A stretch of DNA of 64,000 nucleotides from Candidatus Lloydbacteria bacterium RIFCSPHIGHO2_02_FULL_50_18 (GTDB lineage: Bacteria > Patescibacteriota > Minisyncoccia > Phycocordibacterales > UBA6899). How positions within the stretch are numbered: position 1 is the first letter of the stretch; every line of letters starts with the position of its first letter. The translations under genes were made by a program, and so were the position numbers. The DNA is taken from positions 1 through 64,000 of the forward strand of contig MHLM01000014.1 in assembly GCA_001821395.1 (NCBI GenBank), read 5' to 3'. The notes beneath the pieces were generated by a model. The model saw nothing but the letters and a program-made list of their open reading frames with translations, was not told the DNA's origin and searched no databases. Shown here one piece after another: positions 46,436 to 53,805 of this stretch.

Positions 46436-47494
46436 ATGCTCACGAAAGACGAAATATTGAAGATCGGTAAAGCCAAGGGGAAGATATACACGAGTCAACT
46501 TGCGGCATCCTTCGGTGTTTCTCGGCAGTATGCGAGTGCCCTTATCGGAGCGCTTGTGCTTGATCAGCAGCTTATTAAAATAGGGTCAACGAGAAGCGCT
46601 TTTTACGTGCTACCGGATTATGCACGAAAACATCCCGAGATATTCCCTCTGTCGTACGCAAAAACATTCCGTAATATTGGACTGGAGGAACACAAGATAC
46701 TGAGTGACGTAGAGAGCGGGTTTTCAGCGTTGAAAAGACTGCCTGAAAATGTCAGGAGTATTTTTACTTTTGCGTTTTCCGAGATGTTGAATAACGCAAT
46801 CGAGCACTCGCGGTCAAAGATGGTGCACATTGAGGTATCGCTACGCGGGAAAACCCTCACGTTCATCATCGAAGATTCTGGGGTGGGAGTATTCAGAAAT
46901 ATCATGCAGAAGAAGGTATTGCACTCAGAGCTTGAGGCGATCCAGGATCTACTGAAAGGGAAGACAACAACGATGCCAACATCCCACTCGGGGGAGGGAA
47001 TATTTTTCACATCTAAGGTTGGTGACGCGTTCATCCTTGAGAGTTTTAATTATCGCTTAACGGTAGACAACAAGATCGAGGATGTTTTCATAGAAAGATC
47101 GACTCAAAGAAAAAAGGGAACGAGGGTCACTTTTCAAATACAGACAACGACCTCACTGCATCTTGGTGACGTGTTTAGAAAGTATACGAATATCGGGGAT
47201 GAGAGCGATTATGGATTTGATAAGACCGAAGTTCGCGTCAACCTCTACACATCTCTAGGAGTGCACATTTCACGCTCACAAGCACGCAGAATTCTTTCGG
47301 GCTTGGAAAAATTCAAAGTCATAGTTTTTGATTTCGACAAAGTGTCGGTGGTTGGTCAGGCATTTGCGGATGAGATCTACCGTGTCTTTGCTCGCAAATA
47401 TCCGCACATTACCCTTCAGGAGGTCAACATGTTTCCTGGAGTACGTTTCATGGTTGAGCGTGCGAAAAATGAGGCAAAGAAAACCGCGCAGTAG
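46436..47494 (+). CDS. wHTH - GHKL (HATPase_c, RsbW-like) ATPase - STAS-like (DUF4325-like) protein
   Basis: N-terminal HTH-like YTSQLAASFGVSRQYASALIGAL. GHKL N-box FAFSEMLNNAIEHS, G1 IEDSGVGV, G2 GEGIFF. C-terminal KVIVFDFDKVSVVGQAFADEIYRVF, typical of STAS/DUF4325. Confidence 0.55.
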   Translation: MLTKDEILKIGKAKGKIYTSQLAASFGVSRQYASALIGALVLDQQLIKIGSTRSAFYVLPDYARKHPEIFPLSYAKTFRNIGLEEHKILSDVESGFSALKRLPENVRSIFTFAFSEMLNNAIEHSRSKMVHIEVSLRGKTLTFIIEDSGVGVFRNIMQKKVLHSELEAIQDLLKGKTTTMPTSHSGEGIFFTSKVGDAFILESFNYRLTVDNKIEDVFIERSTQRKKGTRVTFQIQTTTSLHLGDVFRKYTNIGDESDYGFDKTEVRVNLYTSLGVHISRSQARRILSGLEKFKVIVFDFDKVSVVGQAFADEIYRVFARKYPHITLQEVNMFPGVRFMVERAKNEAKKTAQ

Positions 47495-47564
47495 GGGAAA
47501 GGGGAATTCCTCGCGCGTGCACAATCCCACGGTAGTTGAGGTAATCCCACGCGATCATTATCTT

Positions 47565-47700
47565 CGCTCGTAGTGCTCAAACGTTTCTTCAAGTCCCTGA
47601 TCAAAATTTTTCAGCGGTTTCTAGCCGAGTTCCTTCGTGGCCTTGCTTGAGTCGAGGGCATAGCGGATGTCGTGGCCGAGGCGGTCGGTGAGACGAGCTT
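47565..47700 (-). pseudogene. second remnant of the rfbB 3' end (~130 nt, with an in-frame stop)
   Basis: GTTTCTTCAAGTCCCTGATCAAAATTTTTCAGCGGTTTCTAGCCGAGTTCCTTCGTGGCCTTGCTTGAGTCGAGGGCATAGCGGATGTCGTGGCCGAGGCGGTCGGTGA closely matches 48861-48990 of the intact rfbB. Confidence 0.55.
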
Positions 47701-47745
47701 TACTTATCGTATATAATCGAATACAATCAAATGTACTAAATATAT

Positions 47746-48798
47746 ATGAAAGAACGCTTCCAAAAACGCATACCCATTTCGCAAGAAATACTCTCAAAAA
47801 TAACCCAGATCGATGAGCTGAAGGGGCACTGGAAAGGGGGGCTCGCCATCAGTCCGCAGATATTGGGTCGGCTCAAAAAATCCGTCATTATCACCAGCAC
47901 GGGTGCATCGACGCGCATTGAGGGATCGAAGATGACCGATGATGATGTCGAGCGGTTTTTGAGGGCGCTTAAGTCAAATCCACCCGAGAATCGCGATGAG
48001 GAGGAGGTCGCAGGTTATGCCGACCTCCTGGGTCGTGTGTTTGATAACTGGCAAAGCATGAAGCTCTCCGAGTCGCTCATTCTCTCTTTCCACGGCGTCC
48101 TTCTTCGTTACTCGAAGAAGGACGGGCAGCATAAGGGGAAATATAAGACAAAAGAAAATCTTGTTGTTGCTCGTAATTCAGAGGGCGAACAGGTGACGAT
48201 ATTCGAACCGACACCGCCCTGGCTTACAAAAAAAGAGATGGACGATGTGCTCTATTGGACACATGAAGCAATGGCTGGAAAAAAGCTTCACCCCCTTCTT
48301 GTTACTGCAAATTTCATTTTTGAATTTCTTGCCATCCATCCATTTTCTGACGGCAACGGTCGACTTTCTCGAGCGATTACCAATCTTCTCCTTCTTCAAT
48401 CCGGGTATGGGTATGTGCCGTATGTTTCATTGGAAGAAATCATTGAAGAAAGAAAAGATGAGTATTATTCCTCACTTCGCAAAACGCAGAAATATCACAA
48501 AACAAAAAACGAAGATATTAGTGCATGGCTCAGTTTTTTGCTGGATGTATTACTCGTGCAAGCAAAGAGCGCTAAAGAAATCATGGAGAATGACGATCCT
48601 ACAAAATTGCTTTCTGGGCGCCAAATTGAGATCTATGCACTCTTCGGGCAAGATGCACTTGCGGTGCTTGATATCAAAAAGAAGCTTAATGCTATTCCAG
48701 AGGTAACGATCAAGCAGGTGCTTGCGAGGCTTGTTTCACTCAGATTGATCGAACGGATCGGCCTGGGAAGAGCGACGCGGTATGTAAAATCAAAATAG
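47746..48798 (+). CDS. Fic-family protein (class II; AMPylase-type Fido domain with a C-terminal winged helix)
   Basis: Canonical Fic motif HPFSDGNGRLSR and an N-terminal inhibitory-helix-like STRIEG (S/T-x3-E-G). Confidence 0.85.
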   Translation: MKERFQKRIPISQEILSKITQIDELKGHWKGGLAISPQILGRLKKSVIITSTGASTRIEGSKMTDDDVERFLRALKSNPPENRDEEEVAGYADLLGRVFDNWQSMKLSESLILSFHGVLLRYSKKDGQHKGKYKTKENLVVARNSEGEQVTIFEPTPPWLTKKEMDDVLYWTHEAMAGKKLHPLLVTANFIFEFLAIHPFSDGNGRLSRAITNLLLLQSGYGYVPYVSLEEIIEERKDEYYSSLRKTQKYHKTKNEDISAWLSFLLDVLLVQAKSAKEIMENDDPTKLLSGRQIEIYALFGQDALAVLDIKKKLNAIPEVTIKQVLARLVSLRLIERIGLGRATRYVKSK

Positions 48799-48839
48799 TA
48801 TTGATACCGACTTAGTCATGGTATCGTCCAGCCACGATA

Positions 48840-49799
48840 TTATTTTTTGCCATCTTTGTAGTGGGCGAATGTTTCTTCGATCCCTTGCTCAAAATCCTTA
48901 AGCGGTTTCCAGCCGAGTTCTTTTGTTGCCTTGCTCGAGTCAAGCGCATAGCGTATGTCGTGGCCGAGGCGGTCGGTGACGTATTCGATCATTTCATCGC
49001 CGAGTCCCGCGAGCGCGATGAGTTTTTTTGTGATATCGATATTCTCGATCTCATTGCCTCCGCCAAGGTTGTAAATTTCTCCCGCCCTTCCGTCGTGGAA
49101 TACGCGGTCAATACCTGAAACGTGGTCGCTGACATGTATCCAGTCACGGACGTTCTTGCCGTTCCCATAGAGAGGGACTTTTTTCCCGGCGAGCAGGTTT
49201 GAGATAAAGAGGGGGATCAGCTTTTCCGGAAACTGATTTGGGCCATAATTGTTCGAGGCACGCGTGGTGACCGTATCGAGCCCGAAGGTCCTGTTGTATG
49301 AGCGCACAATGAGGTCTGCAGAGGCCTTTGAGGCGCTGTAGGGGCTATTGGGGGCGAGGATATCGTCCTCTGTGCTTGCTGCGGCAGCTGCGCCGAGTGA
49401 GCCGTAGACTTCATCGGTGGAGACAAAATGAAAACGCTTCACCCCATATTTCCTTGCGCACTCGAGGAGGTTTTGCGTTCCGAGGACGTTGGTCTCGACA
49501 AAGATGCCGGGCCCGGTGATCGAGTTATCAACGTGGCTTTCCGCCGCGAAGTGAATGACATGAGTCGGTTTATATTCTTCAAAGATCTCCGCAAGTTTTT
49601 TTGCATCGCGTATGTCGGCTTTAATGAACGCATAATTGGGAAGCGTTGAGACGCTGATGTTGTTGAGGTCGGCTGCGTAGGTGAGCGCATCAAGGTTAAC
49701 GAATTGATAGTTCGGATATTGGGGTATGGCAAAATTCAGGTAGTTACTCCCAATGAACCCGGCACCGCCCGTTACGAGAATGGTCTTGTCGTAGGTCAT
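48840..49799 (-). CDS. rfbB: dTDP-glucose 4,6-dehydratase
   Basis: ILVTGGAGFIGSNY, catalytic YSASKA (YxxxK), and the full-length RmlB pattern. Confidence 0.9.
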   Translation of the reverse strand: MTYDKTILVTGGAGFIGSNYLNFAIPQYPNYQFVNLDALTYAADLNNISVSTLPNYAFIKADIRDAKKLAEIFEEYKPTHVIHFAAESHVDNSITGPGIFVETNVLGTQNLLECARKYGVKRFHFVSTDEVYGSLGAAAAASTEDDILAPNSPYSASKASADLIVRSYNRTFGLDTVTTRASNNYGPNQFPEKLIPLFISNLLAGKKVPLYGNGKNVRDWIHVSDHVSGIDRVFHDGRAGEIYNLGGGNEIENIDITKKLIALAGLGDEMIEYVTDRLGHDIRYALDSSKATKELGWKPLKDFEQGIEETFAHYKDGKK

Positions 49800-49801
49800 A
49801 T

Positions 49802-50554
49802 TTATTGGGCTTTGGGTTTTTCACTAAGATGTTTTTCCTTCATGTAATTTGAGGCGGTCAGGAGACTATCGAACGTGCCGATGTCGAACCAGGCGCCCTT
49901 CACGCTTTCCGCCCTGAGCGTGCCTTCATCGACATAGCGATTGTTTACCCAGGTGATCTCGTATTCCCCGCGATCGCTTTTTGGCTGACCCTCCATTTTT
50001 GCAAACACGGTGTTGTCGTAGATATAGATACCGACAACCGCTAGGTTGGTCGCTGGGTCTTTTGGTTTTTCGATGATCTCTGTCACGCGCTTATTCTTGT
50101 CGAGAGTTGCGACGCCGAAACGCTCAGGGTCGTGCACTTCTTTCAGGAAGATCGTTGCTCCGGAAGTAAAATTTGCGACATGCAGGGCGATGTCGTCTTC
50201 AATGATATTGTCTCCGAGGTGGAGCACGACAGAGTCGTTTGCGATGAAGTCATGTGCGATACAAAGCCCCTGAGCAATGCCGCCCGGCTCGTTCTGTATG
50301 CCGTAGACGATCTGGATCTGATGTCCCGTATTTTTTGATTTGAAATCTTGCCCTGAACCGAGCACGCTCACGAAGTCATCGAGGTATTGAGGGGAGAGGA
50401 CGATCATGATGCGGTCGATCCCGGCGTTCACGAGTTTTTCGACAGCATGAAAGATGACCGGCTTGTTATACAGCGGCAAGAGGTGCTTATTGGTGATCTT
50501 GGTGAGCGGGTGAAGGCGTGTGCCTGATCCTCCTGCTAAAATTACGCCTTTCAT
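49802..50554 (-). CDS. rfbA: glucose-1-phosphate thymidylyltransferase (short form)
   Basis: MKGVILAGGSGTRLHPLT N-terminal signature. Confidence 0.88.
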   Translation of the reverse strand: MKGVILAGGSGTRLHPLTKITNKHLLPLYNKPVIFHAVEKLVNAGIDRIMIVLSPQYLDDFVSVLGSGQDFKSKNTGHQIQIVYGIQNEPGGIAQGLCIAHDFIANDSVVLHLGDNIIEDDIALHVANFTSGATIFLKEVHDPERFGVATLDKNKRVTEIIEKPKDPATNLAVVGIYIYDNTVFAKMEGQPKSDRGEYEITWVNNRYVDEGTLRAESVKGAWFDIGTFDSLLTASNYMKEKHLSEKPKAQ

Positions 50555-50734
50555 GTTTGGTTTATTGTTACGTGCGAAGCTTGTTGTATATTATAGAAAA
50601 CAATGAATTTGCGCAAAAAGTATCAGGTTTTCTTGCGATGCTTAATGTGCGCGCGTGTTGACATTATTCACTATGTTATGTATTCTGCATACTAGAATTC
50701 TTCCAAAACCTCGACACTCACAAAGGAGATCGTA

Positions 50735-51424
50735 GTGAATCACATTCCAGATTTAGAGATCCTCTGTCTTCGCCACGGCAAGACCAACTACACCGAAAAG
50801 TTTCCCGACCTCACTCCTGACGGCATTCTCCACGTGCGCAAGGTTGCGACGGAAACAGTGCTTCCGTGGATCTTGAAGCATGGCATCAATCCGCGTGTGC
50901 TCGGCATCGTGGCTTCACCCGCACCACGCGCTCTGGGCACCGCGGCAAATGTGGCTGAAGTTATTGGGTATCAAGGGAAGATCCTGCCCCAAGGAGAAAT
51001 TGGTCCGATGGCGAGACGTGATTCTGTCCGTGCTGCGCTCGTCTACCGTGACCTACGCGCAGGAAAGCAGTACGTGAGCTATGAGACGGACCCTGCCTTC
51101 CGAGATCGGACGATTTTTGAAACGCCTCCCGAAGTGCGAGCACGGTGGTATGCGTTTCTTGCCGATTACATACGGTGCGCGCGTATCCACGGTCCTCGTC
51201 ACATGATCTTCGTGTCGCATTACGAGGTCTTGTGCAATATCGTTCACGATCTCTTTGGTATCGTGGCGAGTGAGCCCGCAGAGCTTCGGCATGCCGAGCC
51301 GATCTTTCTGTCGGTCTCCGACTATGCCCCGAGCGTTTCGGTTATCATCTCTGGTCAATTTCGGGGAAAAGAGGCGTTGGGGGTCCTTGATCTCTGGGAT
51401 CATTCCTTTGAGCGTCGTTTGTAA
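50735..51424 (+). CDS. histidine phosphatase-family protein (phosphoglycerate-mutase-like)
   Basis: GTG start with AAGGAG RBS. RHG motif in ILCLRHGKT. Confidence 0.55.
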   Translation: MNHIPDLEILCLRHGKTNYTEKFPDLTPDGILHVRKVATETVLPWILKHGINPRVLGIVASPAPRALGTAANVAEVIGYQGKILPQGEIGPMARRDSVRAALVYRDLRAGKQYVSYETDPAFRDRTIFETPPEVRARWYAFLADYIRCARIHGPRHMIFVSHYEVLCNIVHDLFGIVASEPAELRHAEPIFLSVSDYAPSVSVIISGQFRGKEALGVLDLWDHSFERRL

Positions 51425-51439
51425 GTTTGTGTTTACCCC

Positions 51440-51470
51440 GCATGCGGTGCATGCGGGTTTTCTTTTGTTC
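51440..51470 (+). terminator. Rho-independent terminator
   Basis: CCCGCATGCGG-TG-CATGCGGG followed by TTTTCTTTTGTT. Confidence 0.4.
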
Positions 51471-51491
51471 AAAAATCCCTATAATGCACAA

Positions 51492-52466
51492 ATGAATATT
51501 GTGACCGCGTTTGAGGCGCTTGCCGTCGAGGGTATGGAAGGAGGGCATGACCGCGTGATCGAGACAGTGCTCTCGAAGCTTTTTGTGCGCGGGGACAAGG
51601 TGCACAAAGCGTACAAGCATCGTGTCGCTGATTTCGCTGACCTTACCGATCGTGAGGTGCGTCGTGAGTATATTGCGGAAGATTTTTTTTGGAACAATGC
51701 GATGGCGCCTGAGGTCTACCTTGAGCTTCGCGGGGTGAAGCGTGTGGGGGATGAGTTCGTGCACGTCCCTCTCGGCGAGGATTGGTATATCGTGATGCAG
51801 AAGATCGATACCGAGAAGGATCTCATGCGGGCGATCATGCACGGCACCCTCTGCAAGGAGGATCTTGTGGAGTATGTGCGCGTGCTCATGGAGCGCCTCA
51901 CGTCACTTTCAGCTGCGCGCCGCCCCCCGCTCGAAGCATTCTTCGAGCGGGGGGCGGCGCACGTGCACGCCGAAGTCTTGGGGACCTGTGATTGGGCGTA
52001 CACGGCGGATGAGTTTTTGTCGCGTGCCGACGTGGACCGTGCGGGGTCGTTGATGCGTCGCGCACTCGAATCGGAGCAGTATTTCACCGGGCAGATGGAT
52101 TCCATCGCCGTGGTCATCGATACGAATGCGGAGAACATCCTTTTTCTCGACGGGGGAGTCTCATTCATCGACGTGATGCCGCCGAAGGACGCATGGCGCG
52201 TACATGATCGCTATTTTGCGATCTGCCGAACGAGTGCCGACATCGGCGCGCTCTCGGATTGTGAACTTGCCGAGGCTCTGCATGAGTCCTACGCTCTGGT
52301 GCCGCCGCCTGAAGCGGTGCGTGTGGTGTATGAGATCGCAGCGGCTTTGATCCAGGTACCGTATCGCAAGATGGTCGGGCGTGAAGACCTCTCTGTGAAG
52401 TACGCGAATTTCGTCCGCTTAAGGAGTAATGATCTTGCGCTGTTGCTTGATGAGGCGGGTGTTTAG
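51492..52466 (+). CDS. putative phosphotransferase with a protein-kinase-like/APH fold
   Basis: Lysine motif DKVHKAYK, a catalytic-loop-like DTNAENILF, and FIDV at the DFG-like position. Weak, pattern-based. Confidence 0.35.
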   Translation: MNIVTAFEALAVEGMEGGHDRVIETVLSKLFVRGDKVHKAYKHRVADFADLTDREVRREYIAEDFFWNNAMAPEVYLELRGVKRVGDEFVHVPLGEDWYIVMQKIDTEKDLMRAIMHGTLCKEDLVEYVRVLMERLTSLSAARRPPLEAFFERGAAHVHAEVLGTCDWAYTADEFLSRADVDRAGSLMRRALESEQYFTGQMDSIAVVIDTNAENILFLDGGVSFIDVMPPKDAWRVHDRYFAICRTSADIGALSDCELAEALHESYALVPPPEAVRVVYEIAAALIQVPYRKMVGREDLSVKYANFVRLRSNDLALLLDEAGV

Positions 52467-53284
52467 TCGGCGGACCTTTCGAGCTCGACGTATCTCTTGA
52501 TGATGGCATCAAGGCTCTCCATCGTGTGCCGCATTGGGAATCCGGAATCGCGAAGTTTGTCGGCGCGAAGAATGGTATTTGACCGGGGGGCTTTTACGAC
52601 AAGCTCCGCTGCGGAAATATATGTTTTGCCGAGTTTCTTTCCTGAGTGTTTCTCGTAGAGTTCAAGAATGTCCTTATGCGTGACCGGCTCAGGATTTACA
52701 AAATTGAATGTTCCCGTCGCTTCCGCTCCGATGAGTCCAGAGAGTGAGGGGAGTAGGTCCTCGATCACCGTAATTGAGTTAGGTATGACGATGACCTTCT
52801 GATATCCGAGGAGTTTGTTTAGGAGATTCCGTGGTGTTGGTGTCGCAGTGATCGGCATACGCGGACGAACAACGAGTACATTGTCGTAGTCTTTGAGTAT
52901 GCGTTCCGCTTCCGCCTTGGTGTATGAATAGTATGAACCCGCAAAGTTTGGTGCATCATCTTCGGAGAATCCCTTGCCGTTATTGTCTCCCTCATAGATG
53001 CAGCCGCTTGAGAGGTGGACGAGCTTGATGTGGTGTTTTTTTGCGTGCTCGGCAAAAATTTTCACGAGCGTCACATTTGCCGCATAGGTCTCATCTTTGT
53101 GGTCTTCGCACCAGTCGACATTTGGTCGTCCCGTTTTTCCCGCAGCGTTGATGATGATATCGGGAATCGTGCTTGATCCTTCGAGGTCCGCTTGGGAGCT
53201 GATGTGTCGATCGTCTAGCGTTGCGTTGAGCTCTGTTGCGATAAGTTTTCCAAGAAACCCTCCGCCGTATACAGTGATATTCAT
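52463..53284 (-). CDS. rfbD: dTDP-4-dehydrorhamnose reductase-like SDR (RmlD-like)
   Basis: MNITVYGGGFLGK Rossmann motif and YSYTK (YxxxK). The internal ATG at 53284 is preferred over the listed TTG start at 53356. Confidence 0.55.
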   Translation of the reverse strand: MNITVYGGGFLGKLIATELNATLDDRHISSQADLEGSSTIPDIIINAAGKTGRPNVDWCEDHKDETYAANVTLVKIFAEHAKKHHIKLVHLSSGCIYEGDNNGKGFSEDDAPNFAGSYYSYTKAEAERILKDYDNVLVVRPRMPITATPTPRNLLNKLLGYQKVIVIPNSITVIEDLLPSLSGLIGAEATGTFNFVNPEPVTHKDILELYEKHSGKKLGKTYISAAELVVKAPRSNTILRADKLRDSGFPMRHTMESLDAIIKRYVELERSAD

Positions 53285-53400
53285 AAATATGTTTGTTATG
53301 TCTAAGAAAACCTCAGCAAGTCTTAAATAGTAACAACCATTGTGTGGTTTAAGCAATGCAGAGTGAGAAGATATCGTTTGATGACGCTATTAGGTCTAAG

Positions 53401-53428
53401 ATAAAATAAAACCCGCAATGTTGCGGGG
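53401..53428 (-). terminator. Rho-independent terminator for the minus-strand small ORF
   Basis: On the minus strand, CCCGCAACATTGCGGG followed by TTTTATTTTAT. Confidence 0.4.
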
Positions 53429-53453
53429 AAGAAAAGCGAATTGAGACGGGTTG

Positions 53454-53651
53454 TTACATGGCGATGAGCGGACAATTTTTCTGCGTTTGGATCTGCCAGT
53501 ATAGGGCATGGGCGTGTTCGAACTTGATCTCCCCCTTTTGCTCGGGAGGGAACTGAGGTGATGCTTCTATGGCTCGGATTGTCTCAGCATCAAGATTCCG
53601 AACTATCTCCAGATAGTCCTTTTCAAGGTCAGGCACTGATTTCATGAGGTT
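53454..53651 (-). CDS. small hypothetical protein (66 aa)
   Basis: ORF with a downstream terminator. No domain. Confidence 0.3.
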   Translation of the reverse strand, partial: NLMKSVPDLEKDYLEIVRNLDAETIRAIEASPQFPPEQKGEIKFEHAHALYWQIQTQKNCPLIAM

Positions 53652-53805
53652 CATTTTTTGCTCCAAGTGTTGAGGACTGCTGTTTTGCAAACTACAACAA
53701 TATTTCCATGTGTGCAAATCTCCGGATCTTTCTTTCTTTCGCGAAAATATCCACAGGGGGTTGCCAAATAACGGAAAACCCCCTCTATCGAGTCACTTGT
53801 AATAT

